A stretch of DNA of 64,000 nucleotides from contig JAUMUF010000001.1 of NCBI GenBank assembly GCA_030530825.1, positions 322,757-386,756 of the forward strand, in the 5' to 3' direction. The notes under the pieces were generated by a model. That model did not search any database and was not told the DNA's origin. It was given only the letters and a program-made list of their open reading frames with translations. Positions 28,214-37,949 of the stretch are shown piece by piece. Origin of the DNA: a bacterium (lineage in GTDB: Bacteria > Patescibacteriota > Saccharimonadia > Saccharimonadales > Saccharimonadaceae). The position numbers and the translations under genes are program-made. Position 1 is the first letter of the stretch, and each line of letters begins with the position of its first letter.

Positions 28214-28852
28214 TTATTCTTTCTCGAAAAGATTTTGGAGAGAAATCATCACCGGCAAAATAATCAGAAAGAAAATCTCAACTTGCGGAGCAATCACAGA
28301 AATTACTAATATCAACACAATCCATATAAAAGTCAATAGCATTCTGAGCGCTTGACGCCTACGACCATAACTTTTGTGAAGATTATGAAACAGCCCCGAG
28401 CCATCCTCGCGAGAGGAAAGATAAATCCAGCGAAGGCAAAAATCATTAAAGATATAAGATAAGGCGTAGCAAAATGCTGGCAAGATTTCTCCCGGAAAAC
28501 TAATAATCCACTTCATCAAAAGAGGAATTAGCGATAGCGAAAACAGATAAATCATATTCTTCCAGATGAAAGAGTTGCTTACTTTTTCAACTCGCTCCAA
28601 AATATGATGGTGGCGATTCCATTGCAACCCCACAACAATAAAACTGGCAAAATAAATCAAAATAGAAAGCCCAAAAGTGGCGATTTCGGCCGTATTGCTC
28701 ATAGATTTTGGTACGGGAATCTCCAGCACCATCAGCGTAATAATAATCGCAATAAATCCATCCGAAAGTCCAACAAGACGATCTTTGGAAATTTTTCCAC
28801 CTCTGTAAATTTCATGAATTCGCCCCAACGGCGCAGTCAACTTCTTCTTCAT
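28214..28852 (-). CDS. TMEM175/DUF1211-family putative K+ channel
   Basis: The RLVGLSDGFIAIIITLMVLE signature matches RxxxFSDGV(F)AIAITLLVLE. ~6 TM helices. Start at MKKKL (28852) with an AGGAGAAAA SD. Confidence 0.6.
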   Translation of the reverse strand: MKKKLTAPLGRIHEIYRGGKISKDRLVGLSDGFIAIIITLMVLEIPVPKSMSNTAEIATFGLSILIYFASFIVVGLQWNRHHHILERVEKVSNSFIWKNMIYLFSLSLIPLLMKWIISFPGEILPAFCYALSYIFNDFCLRWIYLSSREDGSGLFHNLHKSYGRRRQALRMLLTFIWIVLILVISVIAPQVEIFFLIILPVMISLQNLFEKE

Positions 28853-28883
28853 TTTTCTCCTAAAATTAATGCTTATGCTCAAT

Positions 28884-28912
28884 ATTTTAGCAAAATTTGA
28901 CGCAAAAATCAA
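28884..28912 (-). promoter_or_regulatory. sigma70-like promoter (TTGATT-17 nt-TAAAAT) for the TMEM175-like gene
   Basis: Read from the sequence. The spacer resembles that of the rpsL promoter. Confidence 0.45.
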
Positions 28913-28920
28913 TCTTTCAA

Positions 28921-28955
28921 AAAAGAAAACACCCTCGATATAAATCGAAGGCGTT
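28921..28955 (-). terminator. rho-independent terminator of the rpsL-rpsG operon
   Basis: CCUUCGAU-uuau-AUCGAGGG + U-rich tract. Confidence 0.5.
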
Positions 28956-28972
28956 TCTTGGTTGCTTCGAGA

Positions 28973-29452
28973 TTAGCCTCGAGCAAAGTGCGCAAATGCG
29001 CGGTTGGCTTCTGCCATTCGGTGAGTATCTTCTTTCTTCTTGAAAGCAGCACCGGTTTCGTTGTAAGCGTCAACGATCTCCAAAGCAAGTCGTTGGCTGT
29101 AAGGCATACCTGAGCGTGCGCGAGCAGATTGTACAAGCCAAGAGAATGCGTAATGAAGTTGTCGGTGACCAGCAACTGGGAATGGAATCTGGTAGTTAGC
29201 ACCACCAACTCGGCGAGATTTAACTTCGAAAGAAGGTGAAACATTCTTCAATGCTTTTTCAAAAACTTCCAAAGGATTTTCGCTTTCAAGTCGGCGAGCA
29301 GCTTCTTCCAAGGCTTTGTAAACAGCCTTTTCTGCTACCAATTTCTTACCGTCAAGCATAGATTTGTTGATAAGTCGTTGAACCAAGATTGATTGGTATT
29401 TTCGGTCTGGGTTCAATTCTCGTTGTAGTTTTTTGGTTACTTTGCGTGGCAT
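28973..29452 (-). CDS. rpsG: 30S ribosomal protein S7
   Basis: MPRK...KYQSILVQRLINK... is canonical S7. Confidence 0.95.
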   Translation of the reverse strand: MPRKVTKKLQRELNPDRKYQSILVQRLINKSMLDGKKLVAEKAVYKALEEAARRLESENPLEVFEKALKNVSPSFEVKSRRVGGANYQIPFPVAGHRQLHYAFSWLVQSARARSGMPYSQRLALEIVDAYNETGAAFKKKEDTHRMAEANRAFAHFARG

Positions 29453-29455
29453 AGA

Positions 29456-29866
29456 TTATTTCTCCCTCTTCGCACCGTATTTCGAGCGACCTTGTTTTCG
29501 ACCATTTACACCTTGAAGGTCCAAAGCACCACGAACGATGTGGTAACGAACACCTGGAAGGTCAGGCACACGTCCACCGCGGACAAGCACAACTGCGTGC
29601 TCTTGAAGGTTGTGACCTTCACCACCGATGTAAGCCCAAACTTCGTGACCGTTAGTTAGACGCACACGAGCAACTTTTCGAAGCGCTGAGTTAGGCTTTT
29701 TAGGTGTTTTAGTTGTAACTTTGACACAAACACCGCGCTTAAGTGGGGCATTTTGTGCGTAATATTTGGTTTTTAGTGCGTTGTGAATTCGTCCCAAGGC
29801 TGGCGATTTTGATTTTTTCGCAGCAACCTTACGAGGCTTTCGCACTAACTGATTGATTGTTGGCAT
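29456..29866 (-). CDS. rpsL: 30S ribosomal protein S12
   Basis: [10 protein letters not shown]...[10 protein letters not shown] is canonical S12 with wild-type K at the streptomycin site. ATG at 29866 with an AAGGGAGAA SD. Confidence 0.95.
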   Translation of the reverse strand: MPTINQLVRKPRKVAAKKSKSPALGRIHNALKTKYYAQNAPLKRGVCVKVTTKTPKKPNSALRKVARVRLTNGHEVWAYIGGEGHNLQEHAVVLVRGGRVPDLPGVRYHIVRGALDLQGVNGRKQGRSKYGAKREK

Positions 29867-30035
29867 CAATTCTCCCTTATTAAATTTATTATTTCGAAGT
29901 CGCCAGAGTGATAAATTCCTTCAACTTCGCCTCATATTTCTTCAAAACAGCATTTTCGAAGAAATGTCTTTACCTTTTTGCTTTCGAAATATCCACACAC
30001 GAAATCTCGAACCAAAAAGAGGAAACTCACTAGAT

Positions 30036-30064
30036 ATTTTAGCAAATTTCCTCCATAAAATCAA
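30036..30064 (-). promoter_or_regulatory. rpsL promoter (TTGATT-17 nt-TAAAAT) with a ~160-nt leader
   Basis: Read from the sequence. The long AT-rich leader contains several TTCGAA motifs. Confidence 0.45.
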
Positions 30065-30073
30065 GTATTTTGC

Positions 30074-30973
30074 TTATTTAACTTGAAAACTCTTCCCGAG
30101 TCTGGTGTAATCTTGGTTGATCGCATTGTGAGACTCTGGATTTTGCGCAAGAGTAATGAATTGAATCATTTTCCTGCCACCCGCCGTATCGATAAAGAAT
30201 GCTCGATAAAATGCTTTTTGCTTAAAATCTTCACTCTCGAAAATCAACTCGCGAGACACATTTCCGCGGAATTTATCAGAATTTTGCGAGATTATCTTCA
30301 TCTTGGCAAATTGTGGTGAACTGGAACCTATGTTTTTAATCCCCTCGTCCAATGCTTGACTAAGACCAGCTTCATCCAATGATCCAAATACTGGACTTTC
30401 CGCCTCGAATACGGTAGTCGCAGATCCAGCAGAAGCACAAATTAACGCATAGCCCTCAAGTTGAGCTATACCATTATCTATATCCTGTTTAAGAGGAGAA
30501 ACGCAGGGCAATTCTACTGTGAACGATCCTTCATTATTGGCATATTTATAATATTTTTTACCAGAATAAAAGTTATCTTCGAATGAAGGAGATTCTTGGT
30601 GTTGGCTATGGTCGCGATTCTTCACACTTGAACCAATCTCAGAATTTTTACTTGATATAAATAATCCGACAACAGTAAAAATAGAAACAAGCACAATATA
30701 TAGAAGCATCGTTACAATTCCCCAGATAAAGCTTTTCTTGACTTTACCAGAGGCATCTTGGTCGTTCTTTACGGCAGGCTTAATTGTAATAAAGTATAGT
30801 AAAACACCAATCCAGCCAAGCCCAATAGGAGCGAAAAACGCCGCCCTTTTAGCCGTTTTTAGAGTTTTTGGGTTTTGGCTTGAAAATTTGATCAAGAAGA
30901 CAATTGAGGTTATAAAAAACGCAATGCCAACGATCGAAATTAAAATCATTAATAAAATTGGTAAAATTTCCAT
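30074..30973 (-). CDS. membrane protein with 3 N-terminal TM helices and an extracytoplasmic C-terminal domain
   Basis: Hydrophobicity pattern. No recognisable domain. Confidence 0.4.
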   Translation of the reverse strand: MEILPILLMILISIVGIAFFITSIVFLIKFSSQNPKTLKTAKRAAFFAPIGLGWIGVLLYFITIKPAVKNDQDASGKVKKSFIWGIVTMLLYIVLVSIFTVVGLFISSKNSEIGSSVKNRDHSQHQESPSFEDNFYSGKKYYKYANNEGSFTVELPCVSPLKQDIDNGIAQLEGYALICASAGSATTVFEAESPVFGSLDEAGLSQALDEGIKNIGSSSPQFAKMKIISQNSDKFRGNVSRELIFESEDFKQKAFYRAFFIDTAGGRKMIQFITLAQNPESHNAINQDYTRLGKSFQVK

Positions 30974-31036
30974 AAATTCCTTTCTTTTTATGGTTTAATT
31001 ATAGCACGGGCGGGCAAAATTTGCTATACTATTTTT

Positions 31037-31333
31037 ATGAAATCATCACCGCAAAAAATCATCGAAATGGAAAATCGCCTCAATAAAATAGTCGATATTT
31101 TGAGTAGGCTGGAAGCAGATTTGGACGAATTTGAAAAAATCAAGAGCGAATTTGATATTTTAGAAAAATATTATAAAAGTAAAGATTGGCAAAATGACTT
31201 CGAGGCGGACGAGAGAGGAGAATTTCCGCACGATTTACCTCGCGGGGTTTTGAGCGAGGACGAAATCTGGAACGCATTGGCGATCCGCGATGAGATTTTA
31301 GACAAGATGAAGCAAATTTCATACAAAAGATAA
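31037..31333 (+). CDS. small coiled-coil protein (98 aa), leaderless
   Basis: TGCTATACT sits 6 nt before the ATG. There is no SD. Confidence 0.4.
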   Translation: MKSSPQKIIEMENRLNKIVDILSRLEADLDEFEKIKSEFDILEKYYKSKDWQNDFEADERGEFPHDLPRGVLSEDEIWNALAIRDEILDKMKQISYKR

Positions 31334-31335
31334 AA

Positions 31336-31569
31336 TCAATCTTCAACTTCAAAAATCTTAATCTTAGATTTCTTGCCCTTTCGAAGCGAGATTTTGCTCT
31401 TCGAAACGCCACAGAACTCCGCTAAAATCTCTTGTACGGCCAAATTTGCCCGTCCATCAACCGCCGGCTCGCGCGTAAAAATCTCCAAAATTTCACCAAT
31501 TTCATCAGAACTTTTAGCAACCATCGGGCCCTTTTTAGAGTTGGGTTTAACTCGAACACGAATTTTCAT
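31336..31569 (-). CDS. DUF167/YggU-family protein
   Basis: IRVRVKPNSKK...DGRANLAVQEILAEFCGVSKSKISLRKGKKSKIK matches the YggU pattern. Confidence 0.55.
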   Translation of the reverse strand: MKIRVRVKPNSKKGPMVAKSSDEIGEILEIFTREPAVDGRANLAVQEILAEFCGVSKSKISLRKGKKSKIKIFEVED

Positions 31570-31644
31570 TCTTCAATTATAACACCTAAAAAATTAATAT
31601 TAAAATTTTATTTTAGGGATGATGTATGCTATAATTTAACTGTT

Positions 31645-32364
31645 ATGAAAAAATATTCCAATAAGTTATACTGTTTTTCGCCCGGCGTAATGCTTGTGAC
31701 TTTTTTGTTTGAAGTTTTTGCGGCTGGGGTTGCACTTTTTCGATATAAAAATTCAGAGACTAGACGGCTGATCGTGTATATCTTGCTTGCGCTGGCGGGA
31801 TTTCAGGCTGCAGAATTTATGGTCTGTGGTGGATTTGGCTGGACTGGTGTTGAGTGGGCGCGATTTGGTTACGCGGCAATCACCCTCTTGCCTCCGCTCG
31901 GGTTGCATCTAACCCACAAAATCGCTGGACGAGAATCTAAAAAATTGGTGCCATTCGCCTATTTTACAATGATTGCGTTTATTGTATATTATATCTTCGT
32001 AACTAATGGCGTTGCACTCGACCATTGTCGCGCCAACTACTCAGTGTTTAATGTTCCGCAAATCGCATCTTGGATTTATGGTTTATACTATTACGGCTGG
32101 ATGATTGCTGCAATTTTTATCGGATTCAATGCAATAAAATCAAATAAAAATCAAGAGTGGAATTTGCCAACAAACAGAATTTCTGCGCTCAAATATTTGA
32201 TGTTTGGATATCTGGCGTTTATTCTGCCGACGACCTATGTTAATATCATCGATCCACAAACTATTGAGGGTATTCCATCAATTATGTGTGGTTTTGCGAT
32301 AATTATGGCGATTGTTTTGCTTGTCTCTGTCGCTCCTCGTGTTCTCGAAAAGAAGTCCAAATAA
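31645..32364 (+). CDS. polytopic membrane protein (~7 TM), leaderless
   Basis: Start at the MKKYSNKLY ATG. TGCTATAAT lies 9 nt upstream. The upstream part of the ORF-track ORF is antisense to the DUF167 gene. Confidence 0.45.
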   Translation: MKKYSNKLYCFSPGVMLVTFLFEVFAAGVALFRYKNSETRRLIVYILLALAGFQAAEFMVCGGFGWTGVEWARFGYAAITLLPPLGLHLTHKIAGRESKKLVPFAYFTMIAFIVYYIFVTNGVALDHCRANYSVFNVPQIASWIYGLYYYGWMIAAIFIGFNAIKSNKNQEWNLPTNRISALKYLMFGYLAFILPTTYVNIIDPQTIEGIPSIMCGFAIIMAIVLLVSVAPRVLEKKSK

Positions 32365-32434
32365 CACTTTATTCTAACAAAAATCGCTCGATGTTTTATC
32401 GGGCGATTTTATTTTTGGAGGATTCTGATCAAAG

Positions 32435-33832
32435 TTATTTTTCCCAGATTGTGCCGCTTGGCGTGTCTCGAATCGCAACTCCATAAGCAGATATCTCTTC
32501 TCTAAGGCGGTCGGATTCTGTCCAGTTTTTTTCACTTCGAGCAGAATTTCTTGCGATAATTAATCTCTTGACTTCTTCCGTAATATCTTGTGTAGTTTTA
32601 AGCAGGTCCAAGCCCAAAACTTCATCCAAAAAATCAAGAAATTCGAGCAAATTATGGTGCGATAGTTTTTCTAAAGGTGCTTTTGAAATTTCAGCAAAAA
32701 TCTTATCTATCTCCGACAGTGCCTTGGGCGTATCAAGATTGTTGTTCAAGATTTCAAGAATGAAATTTTTAGCGGCAAGTGATGGAAGTTCACCATTCTT
32801 ACCTTTTATTTGATGGCGCAGTCGAGCAATATTTTGCCAATTTTCCAAGCGATTTTGGGCAGCCTGAAGACTTTCGAAATTGAAATCTCCACTAGTCTGG
32901 TAGTGACTTTGCAGAACAAGCATCTTAAAATCGAGCGGGCTAAAACCTCGTTCCGCTAAATCGACCAAAGAATAGCCATTACCAAGACTTTTACTGATTT
33001 TCTTACCTTCAACCATCATATGGTTACAGTGAAGCCAGAAATTGGCGAATCTCTCTCCAGTATGTGCCTCACTCTGAGCGATCTCATCAGTGTGGTGAAC
33101 AGGAATATGATCGATACCGCCAGTATGTATATCTAGCGTGCCGCCGAGAGTATTGAGCGCAATAGCGGAGCACTCAAGGTGCCAGCCAGGAAAACCCTTT
33201 CGACCCAAGTAATCCCACTCCATATCACGCCGAGCGTCTTTCGGCGACCATTTCCAAAGAGCAAAATCCGCCAAATTGCGCTTTTCTGGATTAAAGTTAA
33301 CGCGCGCGCCAGCCTTGAGATTTTCAAGGTCGAGCCCAGCAAAATCGGCGTAACGCGGAAATTTTGAAGTATCAAAGTAAATTCCGTCAGAAGTCTGATA
33401 AGTAAAGCCTTTAGCAGTCAGGTCATCTACGATCGCAATTTGCTGAGAGATAAAATCTGTCGCTTTGGACAAATTTTGGGGCTGAATCAAATTAAGTGCA
33501 CGCATCCCTTCGATAAATTCATTGGTATAAAATTCTGCTACTTGCCAAGCAGTTTTGCCTTCACGGCGGGCGCCTTTCTCTAGTTTATCTTCGCCATCAT
33601 CTTCGTCAGAAACAAGATGACCCACATCTGTAATATTCATAGTTCTATTGACTGTCAAACCATTGGTGACAAGAGTCCTAACCAAGATATCCCAGTAAAT
33701 ATAAGCCACCCAGTTGCCAATATGGGGCGTAGCGTAAACCGTAGGTCCGCAAGTGTAAATCTTAATATTCTGCGGATCCTGCGGAATGAAAGTTTCTATT
33801 TGTTTGGTTGGAGTGTTGTAGAATTTTATCAT
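32435..33832 (-). CDS. cysS: cysteinyl-tRNA synthetase
   Basis: CGPTVYATPHIGN (HIGH motif) and KMSKSLGN (KMSKS motif). Confidence 0.92.
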   Translation of the reverse strand: MIKFYNTPTKQIETFIPQDPQNIKIYTCGPTVYATPHIGNWVAYIYWDILVRTLVTNGLTVNRTMNITDVGHLVSDEDDGEDKLEKGARREGKTAWQVAEFYTNEFIEGMRALNLIQPQNLSKATDFISQQIAIVDDLTAKGFTYQTSDGIYFDTSKFPRYADFAGLDLENLKAGARVNFNPEKRNLADFALWKWSPKDARRDMEWDYLGRKGFPGWHLECSAIALNTLGGTLDIHTGGIDHIPVHHTDEIAQSEAHTGERFANFWLHCNHMMVEGKKISKSLGNGYSLVDLAERGFSPLDFKMLVLQSHYQTSGDFNFESLQAAQNRLENWQNIARLRHQIKGKNGELPSLAAKNFILEILNNNLDTPKALSEIDKIFAEISKAPLEKLSHHNLLEFLDFLDEVLGLDLLKTTQDITEEVKRLIIARNSARSEKNWTESDRLREEISAYGVAIRDTPSGTIWEK

Positions 33833-33834
33833 CT

Positions 33835-35304
33835 TTATTCCTTGTGGATACCGTATTTGCTATTAAGATTAATGTCTGGATGAAATTCAAGGCTGATAGG
33901 CTCACTTATCACATTATGTCTCAGCAGTAATTGCGCGATATGCTGAGTAGTACGAACCGACAACGGATAATTGTCTGGGCCGTTAAATTTAGGAACATTG
34001 ACTGTGATACTTCTATCTCCCCTATTGTATTTCTCAAGTAAATCATTCAGCCAGTCTCGACTAATTTGCTGAGCGACTCTTCCGTTTACTCTCGCTGGAT
34101 TTACTGGTCTAAATGTAGTCGAACTCAACGGTTTAGACTCAAAAAACATAACCATAACAATAATCGGAAGGATATTAACGATCGCTCTGTGCTCGTGTAT
34201 AATTTCAGCCCAACCAAAAATTGCAACGATGAATATATTTAAGAATATAATTCCCGTAACTTGCGTATTTCCAATTTTACCAGAGCCAACTCTAGCGCAT
34301 AGTATAATCTCAAATAATATAATCAAAATTGAATTAAAAAGCAACTTAACCATAAGTAACCTATTGGGGTTGCGTTTTTCCATTATAGATTTAATAGAAA
34401 ACAATATACCCATCAGTAAGAATAGTCCAGCCAACAGATTAACCCCAGAGAAAACACCAGCGAGAATCTTTATAGATCGCTTTATCTCTGTTAATAAATT
34501 TATATTATTAAAGTCTCCAGCCCTGCCTCCAGAAGATTCGAAAATTAACGAAACAACAAATAAAAATATAATAGCCAAATTGATCCAATTGTGTTTGATT
34601 ACTTCTATATACGTTTGTTTTTTTCTTTTGATGATATCGATAAACAAACTTAAAACAGCCCAGCCCAAAAGTATAACACTAGTAAATAAATTAGAGAATA
34701 CTCCAAGATATACCAACAATATTAGCCATCCCCAATATTTATTGGCCTTCGATAAGTCATTTCTTTCGTAAATCATCAGCACTATAACTATATCGAGCAT
34801 CGCCGGTAGTGTGTAAAAATAAAACAATATATGATTATCGAGTGCAAAAACTGAAAGATTATTGGTGGCACTCGTTTTAAAAATCAATAAATTCAATATA
34901 GTTAAAATAGTAGCAAGAAATCCCGCTTCTAATATTTTTAATGAAAAACGCTTCACCAGAAATCTATAAATAAATGTAGAAAATGCGGCAATAAAGAGAG
35001 AAATAACTATACTATGACCAACAACTAAAGAGTCGAGATAATCTCCAATAAATGGCTTTAGCGCCCAATTAGATAAATCAGCAACAAAAGAGTTAGCAAC
35101 CTCAGGAAGAACTCTAGAAGGATTCCATTTGCCAAATTCAGGATACAGACCTCTAGTCACATTATTATGGGTCCATTCATCCATTTCGAAAACAGAAAGC
35201 GGACTAATTTGAGTAAAAAACACAAAAAAGAAACCAAAAACCACAAAAAAGAATATAACTATAGGCTTCATACTAGAGGTGTGTAGATTCGTAACAGATT
35301 TCAT
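33835..35304 (-). CDS. large polytopic membrane protein (~12 TM) with a C-terminal soluble domain. Possible GT-C-fold glycosyltransferase.
   Basis: Acidic EMDEW in the first loop after TM1, as in GT-C enzymes. The assignment is otherwise unsupported. Confidence 0.35.
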   Translation of the reverse strand: MKSVTNLHTSSMKPIVIFFFVVFGFFFVFFTQISPLSVFEMDEWTHNNVTRGLYPEFGKWNPSRVLPEVANSFVADLSNWALKPFIGDYLDSLVVGHSIVISLFIAAFSTFIYRFLVKRFSLKILEAGFLATILTILNLLIFKTSATNNLSVFALDNHILFYFYTLPAMLDIVIVLMIYERNDLSKANKYWGWLILLVYLGVFSNLFTSVILLGWAVLSLFIDIIKRKKQTYIEVIKHNWINLAIIFLFVVSLIFESSGGRAGDFNNINLLTEIKRSIKILAGVFSGVNLLAGLFLLMGILFSIKSIMEKRNPNRLLMVKLLFNSILIILFEIILCARVGSGKIGNTQVTGIIFLNIFIVAIFGWAEIIHEHRAIVNILPIIVMVMFFESKPLSSTTFRPVNPARVNGRVAQQISRDWLNDLLEKYNRGDRSITVNVPKFNGPDNYPLSVRTTQHIAQLLLRHNVISEPISLEFHPDINLNSKYGIHKE

Positions 35305-35331
35305 ATAATAAGTATACCATGAAATTAAAAT

Positions 35332-36003
35332 TTATTCCCCCAAAATTCTCACAATTTCGCCGATTTCGGACAGGATTTTTTGCCTGCCGACAATTTTGGA
35401 GAGAATCCTTGGCTCGCTCGAAACTAAAAGTCGTAAGAATTTAATATGCGAAGCATCATATCGCCCCTGTTGACGCTCCACAAAAGCCTTTTCGAAATTA
35501 TCAAAATCATATCGCGCATCCGCTCGAAGGCGCTCACCCATCACATCGCTCTCAAAATTTAAACTCTCGCCACGCGCCACCGCCAGATTGAGAGAGACCC
35601 AAGCACAAATCAGGCTCTCATCAATTTCAAAGTCGTCCAGTGCCACGAAAACTGTCCGCAAAATTTCAAAAAACTCCACCGAATCAACCATTTCGCTCGC
35701 TCTCCCAACCTGCTTTATTGCCCAATAAGCAGTCTCCGTCCGATCATAGTCACGCACAATTTGAGAAAAAAACTCCTTACTCCGCGCGGAAATCAGCGTT
35801 TTTAGGTCGCTTTTTCCGTCCATTACCACAATTTCGTTCACGCTAAAAACTTCAATTCCGCCAGCCATTTTAGACTTTTGCTTTCTAACGCCTTTTACCA
35901 AGGCCGCGATACGCCCTTTTGGCGTCAAAAAATTGACGATTTTATCAGCCTCGCCATAATCTGTCCGACGCAAAACTATCGCTAAAGTTTTAATTTGTTT
36001 CAT
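35332..36003 (-). CDS. recO: DNA repair protein RecO
   Basis: The N-terminal OB-fold region (AIVLRRTDYGEADKIVNFLTPKGR...KGVRK) is RecO-like. Overlaps the upstream RR gene by 14 nt. Confidence 0.65.
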   Translation of the reverse strand: MKQIKTLAIVLRRTDYGEADKIVNFLTPKGRIAALVKGVRKQKSKMAGGIEVFSVNEIVVMDGKSDLKTLISARSKEFFSQIVRDYDRTETAYWAIKQVGRASEMVDSVEFFEILRTVFVALDDFEIDESLICAWVSLNLAVARGESLNFESDVMGERLRADARYDFDNFEKAFVERQQGRYDASHIKFLRLLVSSEPRILSKIVGRQKILSEIGEIVRILGE

Positions 36004-36400
36004 TCAAAATTTCCTTCGCCGTCCGCAAAATTTCACCCGGCCTCATTTTACTTTTGTCAAAGATCCGCACAACGCCGTATTCTCGCAAAAGTTCTTCTCC
36101 TAAATTTTCTGTCATATCTGAGCAGATCATAACGGGCGTGCGCAAAGTGTCCGCGTAAGTTCTGAGTTCGTTCAAAAAAGCAAACGCCGAGTGCTCGCCA
36201 AGCAAAATATCAAGCCAAATTAAATCAGGCGCAAAGTCACCCACCTTCACAATTGCCTGCTCGGCAGAAAAAGCACTCCTAACATCAAAATCACGCGAGA
36301 ACACATCAGCAAAATACTCCGCCAATATCTCATTATCTTCCACAACCAGTACTTTTGGTCGAGAAACATTATTCGAAAACTTGCTAAATCTCAAACTCAC
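35990..36400 (-). CDS. single-domain response regulator (receiver only)
   Basis: KVLVVEDNEIL...DLIWLDILL... has the phospho-acceptor Asp and is 136 aa with no output domain. Confidence 0.7.
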   Translation of the reverse strand: MSLRFSKFSNNVSRPKVLVVEDNEILAEYFADVFSRDFDVRSAFSAEQAIVKVGDFAPDLIWLDILLGEHSAFAFLNELRTYADTLRTPVMICSDMTENLGEELLREYGVVRIFDKSKMRPGEILRTAKEILNETN

Positions 36401-37119
36401 AATAAACTCAATTGCTCCGATTTTAAGAGATCAACATAAAATGTGCTACCATCACGATGTTTAATTACACCCACTTTAGCGCCCATTTTTTTAGCAAAAT
36501 TTTTAGAGATATAGATACCAAGACCGCTACTTTGCGGGCTAGATCCAGCGCGAGCGACCTCTGCTGAGCCTGATTTTACCGCACGCCAAACTTCTTTCGG
36601 CAAAACTTGCCCGTAATCACGCACCGCAATTCGAATGCGGTTTTCTTTTGCGGAAACTGAGATCTCGGTAGTCGATTTTTTGTTCGAAGCCACAAGCGCA
36701 TTATCCGTAAAATTGAGCAAAATCGATCGAAGTAGGTCGTAATTCGCCAAGATTAAATCTGACTTTTTGGGGCGCTTAAAAGCAATTTTTCTCCCAGAAA
36801 TCCTGAAAACTCCGTCAACTTCGCGCAAAATATCATCGCAAACTTTACTACAATTTATCGGCTCCATCTCAAAAAGCGCATCTTCAAGCCGAGAAATTTT
36901 GGTCAAGTCAGAAACAAGACGGAGCGCACGTTCACTTGTGCTTGAAATCTGCGCAATCATCCGCCGCTTTTGCTCGGGAGAAAATTCCAGTGCGTCATCG
37001 CCCAGCGCCAGACTGAGTTGCCTCACGATCGAGAGCGGTGCCTTCATTTCGTGGGCTGCAACCAAAAAATTGGCGTCTCTCGCACCCCAATTTTCAGCAA
37101 TTTCTCCACTCCATTCCAT
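36397..37119 (-). CDS. soluble sensor histidine kinase (HisKA + HATPase_c, no TM)
   Basis: H-box HEMKAPLS, N-box and GLGIYI G2-box. The TGTGATAAAAT -10 lies 6 nt before the ATG, so the mRNA is probably leaderless. Confidence 0.7.
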   Translation of the reverse strand: MEWSGEIAENWGARDANFLVAAHEMKAPLSIVRQLSLALGDDALEFSPEQKRRMIAQISSTSERALRLVSDLTKISRLEDALFEMEPINCSKVCDDILREVDGVFRISGRKIAFKRPKKSDLILANYDLLRSILLNFTDNALVASNKKSTTEISVSAKENRIRIAVRDYGQVLPKEVWRAVKSGSAEVARAGSSPQSSGLGIYISKNFAKKMGAKVGVIKHRDGSTFYVDLLKSEQLSLL

Positions 37120-37229
37120 AACTTAATTTTATCACAAGTCCGCCAAAATCTCAAAATTCACTTTATAAAATTTGCTAAAATCATCAAAATATGTTAAAAT
37201 TATTTTGAAAAATTCTCAAGGAGGAAATT

Positions 37230-37916
37230 ATGAGAAAGTCCTTTACCGCTCAGCAAATGGTGATTAGTTTTAATCGTGCTTTTACAGATCAAAATCTGCT
37301 AAGGATCGCCGATTGGTTTGATTCTTTGAGAGAAAATGAAAAGCAAACTTTTCAAAATTATTGCCAAATGGGCAAAATTGACAGTTTTAATTTTGCTCAG
37401 ATCGCCAGTCAGGCCAAAAATAACCCAGAGATCCACCCGGAAATCTGGACACAAAATCGATTAATTGAAGAGATCTTCAAATTGGTTGAAAATTTCACAG
37501 AGAATCAGATTCCGCAAGCAGAAATTGCGTTAAAATTGCTCAATCTTATCTGGTATAATCGAATGCTGTCCAGCGCAGAAAATGTTTTTTCAGAAAATCT
37601 GGAGATTTTTGTAGTAAATTCTGTGTCTATGATGGAGGCCTTTACTCAAAATCTTTTGCGCCTACATTATTTTGATCGCGCACTGGAAATCGCATTTCAA
37701 TGCTGGGATAATCTCAACTTAGTTTCTGGCGAAAAAATTAACGCCTGGAAAATCCAAATTGCGCTAGATATTATCAAAATTATCCGACTCAAAAAGTCTC
37801 TTCCAGACCAAAAAATATCACCAGAAATGCTGGAGATTCTCAGACAAAATCTAAAAGTCGTCTCTAAAGACTATTTCTGGATGAAGCGCTGGGAAAAATT
37901 CTCCAGCGCCGCTTAA
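37230..37916 (+). CDS. hypothetical protein (228 aa)
   Basis: An AGGAGG SD and TAAAAT -10 lie upstream. No motif. Confidence 0.45.
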   Translation: MRKSFTAQQMVISFNRAFTDQNLLRIADWFDSLRENEKQTFQNYCQMGKIDSFNFAQIASQAKNNPEIHPEIWTQNRLIEEIFKLVENFTENQIPQAEIALKLLNLIWYNRMLSSAENVFSENLEIFVVNSVSMMEAFTQNLLRLHYFDRALEIAFQCWDNLNLVSGEKINAWKIQIALDIIKIIRLKKSLPDQKISPEMLEILRQNLKVVSKDYFWMKRWEKFSSAA

Positions 37917-37949
37917 TCTCTCACTTTTGAGAGATTTTCTTTTCATAAA

